64,000 bases of DNA from Octopus bimaculoides (taxonomy: Eukaryota): positions 166,579,371 to 166,643,370 of the forward strand of contig NC_068983.1 in NCBI RefSeq assembly GCF_001194135.2. The letters run 5' to 3'. This document shows, one piece after another, positions 51,875-64,000 of the stretch; within the stretch, counting starts at the first letter, position 1, and the number at the start of each line of letters is the position of its first letter. A model generated the notes under the pieces. That model was not told where the DNA came from. It saw only the letters and a list, made by a program, of their open reading frames with translations, and made no database searches. Position numbers and translations under genes: made by a program.

Positions 51875-52266
51875 ATATGCTAGGACACAATAACCCCCTA
51901 AGCAGACCTAGTGCAGATATGAATGCAATATGGGAACCAATATTGAGAAAAGATGAAATACCAGGTTTAGAAGCCCCCTAAACTTCACTCTATAAACGCC
52001 TATGGGCATATAACGTAGTGGACAAGAGCGCAGGCTACTGACCCTTGGATTCTGAGTTCAATCCCAGTCAGGGATTTGGGAAATAATATCAACAGAAAAC
52101 AGAAAAAGGAATACGTTAGGAATGAGAACAAAGTACCCCTTTAATGAAATAAAGGGTAGGGGTTTGAAATTCCACCAGAACCCACCTGATGAAGGCTGGA
52201 GAGTAAATCAGCTGAGAGTAACAATAAACACGGTGTGGACACCTATCTGTCCATTGTAAATAATGT
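51875..52266 (+). mobile_element. Penelope-like 3' end: ORF tail, tRNA-like segment and terminal repeat with hammerhead-like core
   Basis: ORF tail NPLSRPSADMNAIWEPIL..*; A/B-box tRNA-like segment at 52004-52067; CTGATGA-AGGCTG..CAGCT at 52186-52213. Confidence 0.65.
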
Positions 52267-52429
52267 ACAAAATTCCTTATCTCAAAAATATAGAATACTG
52301 AGATTAGGTTAGGTTAGAAGTGTCTAATATCAAGAATTAGATTACGAAAGACAGGAATAAATACAGTGCTTTACTTTTAGTCAAGTACACTATCCAATCT
52401 GACAGTGTAAAATACCTCCCCCACCACCA

Positions 52430-52624
52430 CAGGTGCTGCCTGACTGGCTCCCATGCCAGTGGAAAGCACCCACTACACTCTCGGAGTGGTTGGCTTTAGG
52501 AAGGGCATCCAGCTGTAGAAACTCTGCCAAATTAGATTGGAGCCTGGTGTAGCCATCTGGTTCACCAGTCCTCAGTCAAACCATCCAACCCATGCCAGCA
52601 TAGAAAGCAGACATTAAACGATGA
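52430..52624 (+). mobile_element. RTE-related 3' tail copy
   Basis: AAGCACCCACTACACTCTCGGAGTGG...CAGACATTAAACGATGA consensus. Confidence 0.8.
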
Positions 52625-52660
52625 GTAAATTCCACATTTTCAATTTGAAATCAGACTTAC

Positions 52661-52834
52661 CATGGATGGTGAAGAGGTGTTGGTGATATGCCGTGATTTT
52701 GTCCACTGCTTCCAAAATCCGTTAAAGGGAGATCCGTAGTACCGAGCTATGAGTGAGCTTCTATCTACAGGGGTCTCTAAACATGAAACTGGGCCCAAGA
52801 GGGGGAGTGGGCTTACTATGTTAAAGCTTTGGAC
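52661..52834 (-). CDS. Candidate internal exon of an unidentified minus-strand gene
   Basis: TTTAG|174 nt open in phase 0 (VQSFNIVSPLPLLGPVSCLETPVDRSSLIARYYGSPFNGFWKQWTKSRHITNTSSPSM)|GTAAGT. Weak acceptor tract; no homology recognised. Confidence 0.35.
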
Positions 52835-53733
52835 CTAAATTTCACTGGTCTGTTACGTCATTATTGGACAGTTCTTCAGAATTTGCTCAGCTTCCCCTCC
52901 ATCTCCAACAGTGCCCCTGATGGTAACTGGGGATTATTTGCATAATGGTGCAGGCATGGCAGCAGCTGTGTAGTTAAGAAGTTTGCTTCCCCAGGTTCAG
53001 TCCTATTGCATGGCACCTTGAGCAAGTTGCCCCAGGGTGATTAAGGCATTGGTAGATGGAAACTGAAAGAAGCCTGCTGTATATATGTGTGTGTGTGGTG
53101 TGTTTGTCCTTGTTTTGACACCATGTAATAGTAACGAGAGTCACAACTTAAAGAAGTGGGTCTGAGCCGAAATTAAGAGTCAACATTGTTTTTCCTTTGT
53201 TAGTCACTGAATGATTGGGAAATACGTGGAGGAACTGGAAATTGAGATAGGTTTAGAAAGATGTACNNNNNNNNNNTATGCTTTTAAATTATAATCATAG
53301 AAAAATAACTTTGTGATACAAATTGCAGATTTTTGGGGGTTTTTTTAAACCAAAGTTTTGTTTGTTCTTTTTCCTGTGTTTCTCTTAATAATTTTGTTTT
53401 GTATTCTCTCTATTTTTCTGTACAAGTTCTGATTTCACAATTTCACTAAACGACAATCATTCTGAGATTGCGTTCTGTCATAACTTCTGTGTGTGTGTGC
53501 CATGATCATCACCATTTTAATGACCACTTTTCCATGCTTGCATGGGTCAGGCAATATTTTCCATGGCTGAATGATGCTCTTCCTGTCACCAACCCTGCAC
53601 TTGTTTGCATGCAAAGCAATGTTTCTCTGTGTGTGTGTGTGTGTGTGTGTATCTATATATATATATATATGTGTGTGTGTGTATCTCCCTATCTCTATAT
53701 GTATTTTCCTTTTGTTCTTTTCTAGTAAACAAA

Positions 53734-53854
53734 ATGAGTCTGGGGAATGACAAACAAATGGAAACCACCAAAGAGGAATGGATGGAGAAGTTGAACAATT
53801 TACACATCACCAGAGCTGATATGAACAGATTGATTATGAATTATTTGGTCACAG
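53734..53854 (+). CDS. GID8: GID8/TWA1 (CTLH complex subunit), first coding exon, N-terminus and start of LisH motif
   Basis: Polypyrimidine acceptor ending TAG at 53725, ATG at 53734 in AAAATG context. Translates [40 protein letters not shown], recognisably GID8 ([24 protein letters not shown]). Donor G|GTGAAA, phase 1. Confidence 0.96.
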
Positions 53855-53948
53855 GTGAAATTATTTACCTTTAATTAATTTCCTTTTTCTTTCTTTCTTT
53901 CTTTCAATTGTAGCAGGTGTAAAACAAGGCTGTTGCTTTTAAAGCTAT

Positions 53949-54003
<55 letters not shown>

Positions 54004-55030
54004 CATGCTGTTATCTTTTACTTGTTTCAGTCATTGAATTGTGGCCATGCTGCAGCACTACCTTGAAGAGTTCAGTCAAACAAATTGAACCAGTACATTT
54101 TTTTAAAGTAGAACACCATTTGTCAAGCAGTGGTGGGGGAGGACACACACACGTCCAACGGGCTTCTCTCAGTTTCCTATTTCTTTATTGCCCACAAGGG
54201 GCTAAACAAAGAGAGGACAAACAAGGACAGACAAACGGATTAAGTCGATTACATCGACCCCAGTGTGTAACTGGTATTTAATTTATCAACCCTGAAAGGA
54301 TTAAAGGCAAAGTCGACCTCAGCGGAATTTGAACTCAGAACGTAAAGACAGACGAAATACCTCTAAGCATTTAAACTACAGGAAGGGACTGAGCACTTGA
54401 AATAATCCTACCTAAGCTACACTGTAATCCATCAGATAAACCCAAGCAATGTTATTGTGTAATGTGGTCGTCAATAAGGTGGAGATGTACCATGTATCTG
54501 AAACGTTGCGTTTGTAGATGACCCCCCCCCCTACTGTTTAACATGAATGCCTACATGTCATCATATGCTGCTCCAGCGGGGTTGTCCCAGGTTACACCTT
54601 TTTTCTTGCCAGAATATAAAGTGAGAAGCTTTACCCACCTCATTCATCATCATCATCATCATCATCATTGCTCTAATGTCTACATTTTTTGATGTTTGAA
54701 TTCATCGAAGTAGATTTGCTACAGCCAGATGCCCTTCCCCTTATTAACCCTCACCTGTTCCTAAGCACAGGTAACATTTCCCTATTGCCAGACATGATGT
54801 TTTCACTGAAGATTGGAAATGAACACTAACAACTGCATTTTGTCAAGACAAGGGGACACAACACAAGCATATAGTGGGCTTCTTTCAGTTTCCATCTCCC
54901 AAATCCACATACAAGGCTTTGATTGGTCCTCAGTGTAGCCAAAGACACTTGCTCAAGGTACCACACAGTGGGACTGAAAGCCAAACCACATGGCTGGGAG
55001 GAGGAGGAGGAGGAGGAGGAGGAGTGATGT

Positions 55031-55251
55031 TCTCAATCAAGGCAGCCATGTTGTACCTCAATCAAGGCAGCCATGTTCTGCCTCAATCAAGGCAGCCATG
55101 TTGTGCCTCAATCAAGGCAGCCGTGTTGTGCATCAATCAAGGCAGCCGTGTTGTGCCTCAATCAAGCCAGCCATGTTTAGCCTCAATCAAGGCAGCCATG
55201 TTGTGCCTCAATCAAGGCAGCCATGTTGTGCCTCAATCAAGGCAGCCATGT
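55031..55251 (+). repeat. 25-bp minisatellite (CCTCAATCAAGGCAGCCATGTTGTG)n in GID8 intron
   Basis: Units start every 25 nt from 55031 to 55231 (8 full plus 1 partial) and run into an 866-N gap; no spacers. Confidence 0.97.
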
Positions 55252-57594
55252 NNNNNNNNNNNNNNNNNNNNNNNNNNNNNNNNNNNNNNNNNNNNNNNNN
55301 NNNNNNNNNNNNNNNNNNNNNNNNNNNNNNNNNNNNNNNNNNNNNNNNNNNNNNNNNNNNNNNNNNNNNNNNNNNNNNNNNNNNNNNNNNNNNNNNNNNN
55401 NNNNNNNNNNNNNNNNNNNNNNNNNNNNNNNNNNNNNNNNNNNNNNNNNNNNNNNNNNNNNNNNNNNNNNNNNNNNNNNNNNNNNNNNNNNNNNNNNNNN
55501 NNNNNNNNNNNNNNNNNNNNNNNNNNNNNNNNNNNNNNNNNNNNNNNNNNNNNNNNNNNNNNNNNNNNNNNNNNNNNNNNNNNNNNNNNNNNNNNNNNNN
55601 NNNNNNNNNNNNNNNNNNNNNNNNNNNNNNNNNNNNNNNNNNNNNNNNNNNNNNNNNNNNNNNNNNNNNNNNNNNNNNNNNNNNNNNNNNNNNNNNNNNN
55701 NNNNNNNNNNNNNNNNNNNNNNNNNNNNNNNNNNNNNNNNNNNNNNNNNNNNNNNNNNNNNNNNNNNNNNNNNNNNNNNNNNNNNNNNNNNNNNNNNNNN
55801 NNNNNNNNNNNNNNNNNNNNNNNNNNNNNNNNNNNNNNNNNNNNNNNNNNNNNNNNNNNNNNNNNNNNNNNNNNNNNNNNNNNNNNNNNNNNNNNNNNNN
55901 NNNNNNNNNNNNNNNNNNNNNNNNNNNNNNNNNNNNNNNNNNNNNNNNNNNNNNNNNNNNNNNNNNNNNNNNNNNNNNNNNNNNNNNNNNNNNNNNNNNN
56001 NNNNNNNNNNNNNNNNNNNNNNNNNNNNNNNNNNNNNNNNNNNNNNNNNNNNNNNNNNNNNNNNNNNNNNNNNNNNNNNNNNNNNNNNNNNNNNNNNNNN
56101 NNNNNNNNNNNNNNNNNCATCTAAAGGCTTTTGCCAGAGCCTGACATTAGGGTGTGGTGGGTGGGGTTGGGTGTCACTGTATTCCACTAAAGTTAGGGTT
56201 TCTGTCTGTGTGATGTGGGGGAGTGTACTTGTTATACTTGAAATTAAACTGCCATTACTGAATATTCCCCCCCCCCAACACCACTCCACTGTTCCTTGTC
56301 TGAAAGGATGGGGAGTCACCAGCTGCAACAGATTAGATGTTAAAAAAAAAATCAAAAAAACCCCAAAATTCAAATTTTCTGTAATGTCCACATCAAAATA
56401 TCTTTCCCTGAACTGTTTGGGTCTTCCACGAATGAATGTGACGTGTTTGCCATCAGTGACCGATGGCCAATGTATATTTTTGCCAGCATGAGTAAGTATC
56501 AAGAAATATGGCATAGAATAATTATAATTTAATTTCATCAACTTTCTTGGTGTTTATACAAAATGATGAAATGGATACTAGTTTTCAAAAGAAACATTTA
56601 TTAAAATAAAAACAAATTTCTCATTTGTATAACCCCCCACCCACCAACTACTCTCATTTATTCCTTTTACTTATTTCAACATTATATTTTTCTGTGGCTG
56701 AGTATACCAAACATTGACATTTGCATAAATTATTGAGAAGAGGGACCGTTTTCCTACAACACGTTCAGATAGAAATAACAGCCAAATGGAAGTAGAGAAC
56801 AGGTTTATAACCAGTTTTCCAACAACGGATGACCTGGTCCCCCTTTTAATTATGTGAGGACACCATTGTTGAACCCGCTTTTGGTACGAAGCCTTCACAA
56901 CACAAACTTGTTTCTTCTTAAGTAACAGGAAGGCACAAACACTCCCTTTACCTCACTGTAATAATAATAATAATAATAATAATATGGAAGGTTGGAATGT
57001 TTAAAACAAAACCTAACCCCTAAGAACCCTCACTCTGAAGAATAAGTTAATAGATGACTTCATTGCAGAGAATAGAGTATCCCAGCATGGAAGAGGAAAA
57101 GGTAAAGATATCTGCCCTTCACAGTTGTTTCAAGAGAGGGTTAGGGCCCAGTGGTTAGGAAGGTTAGTAGAGGGCATTAGATTTTGTTATCTTTATATAA
57201 TTATAGTTGAAGGCTTGGAAGAATATTTCCAACCCTAGAACCTGTTTTTAGTGAATAAACCAAGATATATCTTGAAGGTTTAGTAGTGAAAAAAGTTCAT
57301 AACATGTCAGCTGTCTTCTAGGAATTTACAATTATTGTTATCTGATTCCTTTTAATCAAACGAAATGGATAATCTGGCATGGCTCTGTTAGCAAAGGTGC
57401 CAGTAAATTGCTAATCTACCTGTATTTCTTTATTAAACTGTTATTTTCATTGATGTCTTTTTACTGCAGCAGATGTGACCCCAGTTAGGGTCCTGTTTGT
57501 AAATGTTTCATTTCAAGATGCTTTTCATATTAAGAAAACATGAATGTCACCAATTCCATTTTCTTATCAATGCAAATTAATCTGATATGTCAAT

Positions 57595-57843
57595 GCTGCC
57601 GGACTGGCACCCGTGCTGATGGCACATGAAAAGTGCCATTCGAGTGTGGCCAGTGGCAGTCATGTTGGTGGCACGTACCCACTACAATTTTGGAGTAGTT
57701 ATCGTTGGGAAGGGCATCCAGCTGTTGAAACCTTGTCAGATCAGACTGGAGCCTGGTGCAGCCTCTTGGTTTGCCAGTCTTCAGTCAAACCATCCAACCC
57801 ATGCCAGCATGGAAAGCAGACATTAAATGACGACGATGATGAT
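57595..57843 (+). mobile_element. RTE-related 3' tail copy (GID8 intron)
   Basis: Same consensus. Further copies at about 10572-10850(-), 16790-16990(+), 25790-25950(+), 30470-30580(+), 40140-40246(+), 43535-43622(+), 44695-44860(-), 62570-62835(+), 63790-63850(-). Confidence 0.78.
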
Positions 57844-60424
57844 GTAAGTTAATCTGATTGCCCAATGATGGATATTTCTGATCCTGAAAGTTCAATAAAC
57901 CAATAATATTGATTATAAGAGTGTATTGGGGTGATATTTGTTTTACTGCATGTTTAGCTGGAAATTTTCTATTCTGATTTCAGTTTTGTCCCAAGTTTGC
58001 ATTAAAACATTGGACCGTTTTGTGCTTTGGCACCAGATTCATTCCTCCTGAAACATTCTGCCCTTGTTTCAATTAATTCTGAAGATAAGGAAGAATTTAG
58101 TTTAAAAAAAAAAGGAAAGAAACTATTGACTTAATTAATCTGGTTTTTAGAACATGAATAAATATGGAATTTTGATCAAAGATTTTGATTTCGATCATTT
58201 TAAAAACAGGAGCCAATGACTGTCTCAGGTGGTTTGATATTAAAAAAGGTTAAAAACCAGAGAAGTTATTTAGAAATTTCAAACATGTAATATACAAAAA
58301 GACTTTTAAAAATGTTAGAATAGCCTTGTTAAAACCAGAATAGAGTTAATTGCTGAAGAACTGACTAAATATGATCAAAGAAAGCAGTGTATATGAGATC
58401 AGCCCACATGAGAAAATGTGTTTTATTTTGCTGTTGGCTTCTGAAAGCAGCCAGACAAGTGATTGGGATTTTGTTTTTTGTTATGGAAAGCAGTTTGCAT
58501 TAAATATGCAGTTGTTGTTGTTGTGTTAAGACAAAAGAGTTTTAGAGGAACGCAATGGTGAATGGATTTCAGTTGGAGCCAGCACAAGTTGGTTGGTAGT
58601 TTTTAGTTTATTTTGTGATGAGAATCCGGAATAAAATTTATTGAAAATCAATTTTAAAAAATCTGAAGATTCAGAATAAAGTTGTGTTATATAAATATAT
58701 TAGACGAAGGTTCAATATTGAAGTTGAAGTGTTTAATTTTAATTGCTTCTTGTGTGGAAAGAAACTTTAAACATGAATTAAGCTTAGAGTTGTAAAATAA
58801 TAATAATAATAATAATGGTTTCAAATTTTGCCTCAAGGACAGCAAATCTTTGTGAGAGGGGGATGAGTCGATTATATTGACCCAGTGTTCAACTGGTACT
58901 TACTTTATCAACTCCGAAAGGATGAAAGGTAAAGTTGACCTCGGTGGAATTTGAACTCAGAATGTAATGGCAGGCAAAATACTGCTAACCATTCTGCCAG
59001 CTCACCACCTTGGACAACAACAGCAACAACAGCAACAATAAGAATAAGAATAATAATATTGACTCACAGGGATACAAATTAATTATTGTATCATTGATGT
59101 TGTATTAAAGAATTGAAGTAACCTTTCAGTGGATTAATTAATCCCTCACCTCGTTTAGATTCTCGACTCTGATTATTTCAATTCACTCTTTGATAAAATA
59201 GAAATATTACAGTCAACTCAAGCAATTCAGAGTTTGTGCTGGGGTGGATGGGGGTGGTGGACAGGGAAACTGCATCCTGTACAGTGTATGGAAGGGGTTG
59301 GCTTTAAGAAGGGCGTGCAGTGATAGACACCATGCCAAGACCTGAAACATTCAAGCAAGACTTGATCCCCTCATTGGATCCTCACACCACCCAACACACA
59401 CGCCAGCATGGAAAACAGATCCAGAACAATGATGATGATGATGATGCTGATGTCTCAGTTTCTGGCAGGGGGTTCTATGACTGGTTGCCCTTCCTAACAT
59501 CAACCACTCTGTAGAATGTTCTGAGTACATTTTTCATGGCATCCACATGGTAAAGGGTGCCTTGTCTTTGGTCGGATTAAAGAACCATTTCAAGTCGTGT
59601 GAGGTTGTTGCTTAATTTGATTTACCATCAGTGTCGGAGGGGTTTCTTTTGTCCTTTGTGGTGCCGACGACACTAGTGGGGTCAGTTTGTCAGCTCACAA
59701 AGTCCCGTGGTGGATGGGAGAGATTCATTATTTTGAGGGAAATGACTGGAGAGAAAAGAGGAGAGGAAGTAGTGTTGGGGTGGGAGTGATAGAGGGGAAG
59801 AAGGATGTCAGGAATGAATGTAAAAGAGAGGAAGAAAACAAAAGGGTGAGAGTGGGTTGAGTAGGTCCACCTTTTCAAGAGTTTTGCAGTTCTCATTCAG
59901 ATATTAGGTGTGGATGTGTGGTTAGGGGACTTGCTTGCCAACCATGTGATCTTTAGTTCGGTCCCACTGCTTGCCACTTTTAGCAATGTCTTCTGTTGCC
60001 CAAAGCCTTGCAAGTGGATTTGGTAAATGGAAATTGAATGAAGCCCTATTTTGTTTCTCTACCACTGTCTTGACATCACATGATCACTGTAAATGAATAT
60101 CAACATAATAAAAGGTGATATGGTTTGCTTTCAGTCTTCCATGCAAACCATGTCTGGTCTCAGGGGAAATAACTTTGGTTGGAGACAGGCGAGGGTTGGC
60201 AACAGGAAGAGCACCTGGCCAGAGAAAAATCTATCTTAACAATCCCTGTCTGAGCTAAAATGGAAATGATGATGATCTTTGTTCTGTGAATTGATTGTTC
60301 CTTGTTCTGAAGGAAAGTTTTCATTGTTTACAATATTTAGAAATCTGTTTTGTATTTGCTTGTTTTCTTTCTTTTTTCTTTTTTTCTTTTTTTGACATAC
60401 TTTTATTATATTTGTTTTCTTCAG

Positions 60425-60621
60425 AGGGTTTTAAAGAAGCTGCTGAAAAATTCCGAGTGGAATCAGGTATTCAGCCTTCAGTGGATTTGGATCAACTGGA
60501 TGAGAGGATTAAGATTCGAGATGCTATACAGAATGGTCGTATCCAAGAAGCCATTTCACTTGTTAATAGTCTCCATCCAGAGTTGCTAGACAATGATCGT
60601 TATCTCTATTTTCACCTGCAG
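60425..60621 (+). CDS. GID8: GID8/TWA1 second coding exon, LisH end and CTLH domain
   Basis: Acceptor TTTTCTTCAG at 60424. G+AG completes Glu across the 6570-nt intron, then [65 protein letters not shown]. Donor CAG|GTAACA, phase 0. Confidence 0.97.
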
Positions 60622-62915
60622 GTAACACCTACAACAAACGCTTTTGTTATCTCAATTTAAGGGGCTGGGGTTTATTGATTTTTATTGGTAATTCACCCCC
60701 CCCCCATTTAATTTCACGTAATACATTTTTGATATCATTTCAGTGAAGTTTCTTTCTGTATCACAATATACACCTTCCTGGGACCTGGCTGTCATAGGAC
60801 CTTTTATAGCAATATTTTGCACACCCTCTTCAGACCTGATCATCACAGGATCTTCTGTTACAGTATGTTTGATAATAAAACTNNNNNNNNNNNNNNNNNN
60901 NNNNNNNNNNNNNNNNNNNNNNNNNNNNNNCCCACCCCCACACCCACACCCAAAATGCCAATGCCAAGTGGATAATCCTTTTTAATCCCACATTTCTTGT
61001 GACTGAGGTTTCCATTTCTTTGCTTCACTTCATAGATTGAGATGAAGATTACATATTTACAGCTGGTTTTCTTGCACAATATCCTTGTCATGTCTGTAAC
61101 TGCTGCCTTCCCTTATCCTCCACCCCACCCACCCAAACACTAGGCTCACCTCCTTCCTCCTACACACGTCCCTACTCCATTCTTACCATCATCACTCCCC
61201 TCCACCACACACATATTTGTATTTACCATTTCATCCGTTAGCATTTAAACCAGCCATGTTAGAACCAAATATTCTATTTTGTGTTCAAGCTGGCCAGATC
61301 CCACCTCTCACACCTACCCTACAATGTCGTTCTAAAAATAAAACAATTACATCTCAAAGCTCCAAGATAATGCATGACCATTACATTTGGTAGAGGAATC
61401 TGAATGCCAGAGTTAAATCCAACTTTCATTCTCCCTTTAAGCTGATCCTTCCTCACCCAAACATTCATCCCTCCATCACTCACCTGTTTGCTAAAGGATT
61501 CTCTTGCTGTAAATCATGAAAGCACAACCTCTTACTATATATACTCTTTCACTATCCCTGTACTGCATCCATCCATCCTCCGTCTCTTCCAACCTTGCCC
61601 ACCTTTACTGATCCTTCTGTCTCCACACTTTTTTTTTTCTGCTCCTCTTCTTGAGTTTGTCACCTTCATGGTACGATGTCCCACCCCCTCATCACCCCTT
61701 TATTTACCTCTCTTTCTGGGCCACTCCAGCCACCCGTGTAAACTCTCAAAGTTGCTAAGTCTCTCCCCCGCAAGCAATAAACCTTTGCCTGCCCCTCCCC
61801 TCAAACTTGAACTCTCAACACCAACCAGACTCTTTCCTTTCACAGACGACAAGCCAACCTCACTTGTGCTGGTGAAACGGGGAAAATGCATTCAATGTGT
61901 GGCTGTGAGGAGGGAACAAGGACAGTAGAAAGGTCTGGTTGGGGTTGGAACCCTTGTTTTATTCAGAATCTGCTGGGAGGACTGTCCATAGACATGCAAC
62001 CAGTGGAATGCCCTGTCTCAGTCACCATGTCTTCCCTGCAGTACTTCTCTAGTCATTGACTCACTAAGCTCTCAACATGGAGCAACTGTCATGATAGAAG
62101 CCCACAAAATTGTCCATCATCTTTTCAACAACATGATTATAAAATTTTTTTTAAATCTGCAGCATCCATGATTTTCAGAAACATTTTTCACATAAATTGT
62201 CAAAGTATGGAATAAATTTTATCAGCCATAAGCTGTCAGGACAATACATCCTTCAAAAATCCCATGCTTCCCAAATTTCACCAACATTATTCCTGACATG
62301 CCCATCCACCCTTTCATCTTTAGGACTCTTTTCATGTTCACTTTTATGTTTTATTCTGTCTACAATACACGTACTTCTAGTTTTCATTTCTATTTCCTTT
62401 CTTTGCTTGACTTAAATGATGTCTTTCTGTCATCTCGTTAACCTTTTCTGATCAGTTGTAGCACACCTGAGCACTGCATACAATAAAGATCATTATAAAG
62501 TTATTCACTGGTTAGGTTTGGGGTGGTGAGGTAGGAGTGTCAGTGTAGAGAACAATCAACAAGTAAATATAAAACATCCAGTCCACACTGTGAAGTGGTT
62601 GGCATTTTGGAAGGGCTCCCAGCTGTAAAAACCTTGCCGAAACTGACCCCACCTGTGCTTGTGCCACATAAAAAGCACCAAGTCCATTCTGCTGAGCGGT
62701 TGGTGTTAAGAAGGGCATCCAGCTGTAAAAATCCTGCCAAAAACAGTCACAGAAGTCTGGTGCTGGCTTCTGCCTGGCCGGCTCTTGTCAAACCATCCCA
62801 CCCATATCAGCATGGAAGGTGGACATTAAATGATGATTACAACCAAAAGTATTGTTAGAAATGTCTTGACTGATGTGTTCAGGAAGATTTGTGTCTGCTG
62901 AGGACAGAATGATTT

Positions 62916-63599
62916 NNNNNNNNNNNNNNNNNNNNNNNNNNNNNNNNNNNNNNNNNNNNNNNNNNNNNNNNNNNNNNNNNNNNNNNNNNNNNNNNNNNNN
63001 NNNNNNNNNNNNNNNNNNNNNNNNNNNNNNNNNNNNNNNNNNNNNNNNNNNNNNNNNNNNNNNNNNNNNNNNNNNNNNNNNNNNNNNNNNNNNNNNNNNN
63101 NNNNNNNNNNNNNNNNNNNNNNNNNNNNNNNNNNNNNNNNNNNNNNNNNNNNNNNNNNNNNNNNNNNNNNNNNNNNNNNNNNNNNNNNNNNNNNNNNNNN
63201 NNNNNNNNNNNNNNNNNNNNNNNNNNNNNNNNNNNNNNNNNNNNNNNNNNNNNNNNNNNNNNNNNNNNNNNNNNNNNNNNNNNNNNNNNNNNNNNNNNNN
63301 NNNNNNNNNNNNNNNNNNNNNNNNNNNNNNNNNNNNNNNNNNNNNNNNNNNNNNNNNNNNNNNNNNNNNNNNNNNNNNNNNNNNNNNNNNNNNNNNNNNN
63401 NNNNNNNNNNNNNNNNNNNNNNNNNNNNNNNNNNNNNNNNNNNNNNNNNNNNNNNNNNNNNNNNNNNNNNNNNNNNNNNNNNNNNNNNNNNNNNNNNNNN
63501 NNNNNNNNNNNNNNNNNNNNNNNNNNNNNNNNNNNNNNNNNNNNNNNNNNNNNNNNNNNNNNNNNNNNNNNNNNNNNNNNNNNNNNNNNNNNNNNNNNN
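62916..63599. other. Assembly gap (one of eight N-runs)
   Basis: N-runs at 8250-8706, 12185-12744, 22773-22782, 26161-26718, 53267-53276, 55252-56117, 60883-60930 and 62916-63599. The next GID8 exon may lie here or beyond the window. Confidence 0.99.
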
Positions 63600-64000
63600 G
63601 GGGGGGGGGGATTAAAAATGATTGGCACAGAATTTAGGAAGTCAAATGAAGTTTTACTGGGAGTGGAAGACATTATTGTGCATCAAAGGTAGATAACTTA
63701 GCTTTGGCTGATGGAATTAATGTCTTAGAGTAGAGATTATTCCAATATGTTTCTCTAGAAATGGCTTTGAGAAGAATTTACAATTGCTTGAAATCATCGT
63801 CATCGTTTAACGTCCGTTTTCGAATGCTGGCATGGGTTGGACAGAAATATATAATACTTTTAATTCAGGCTGATCATCTTCATTGAACCTCCATCTTTGC
63901 AGACAGTTCAAGAAGTTCTGATGAGTCAGAAGACTTCGTTGAGCTCCAATTTCTGCTTTGGCTGGATTTCCTTGGCTAGAAGCCCTTCCTAACACTTGAG

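Noticed and set aside
52004-52075. Functional tRNA gene (also SINE heads elsewhere)
   Set aside because: A and B boxes are present but there is no acceptor-stem pairing or clean anticodon arm; treated as tRNA-derived.
55031-55251. CRISPR-like array
   Set aside because: Units are contiguous with no unique spacers, and the context is eukaryotic with no cas genes.
61488-61928. 146-aa plus-strand ORF
   Set aside because: Low-complexity C/T-rich intronic sequence giving a Leu/Pro/Ser-rich frame without a domain; it is not the expected GID8 exon 3.

Overview
Eukaryotic, AT-rich, repeat-dominated genomic window from a gapped assembly with 8 N-runs. The SINE, MITE and RTE families look like those of a cephalopod mollusc, probably Octopus; this is inference from repeat recognition. 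The one confidently identified host gene is GID8/TWA1 (LisH-CTLH subunit of the CTLH E3 ligase), with two + strand coding exons at 53734-53854 and 60425-60621; its 5' UTR exon and later exons were not found. The rest is intergenic or intronic and filled with decayed mobile elements: four Tc1/mariner-type lineages (maT-like DD37D with TIRs and TA TSD, DD37E/TRT-like with ~310-340 bp TIRs, a classical mariner, and pogo/Tigger remnants), TTAA-flanked piggyBac-like MITEs, a ~2 kb non-autonomous LTR element, CR1-like and RTE LINE remnants, Penelope-like remnants with degenerate hammerhead cores, several tRNA-derived SINE families, microsatellites and a 25-bp minisatellite. The best leads are a tRNA-like Pol III module fused to a hammerhead-bearing Penelope terminal repeat, the TRT-like element, a possible unannotated minus-strand spliced gene next to or overlapping GID8, an orphan TATA/Inr core promoter, and a C/D snoRNA-like segment. 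No CRISPR array, rRNA or intact tRNA gene is supported. Boundaries of decayed repeats are approximate.
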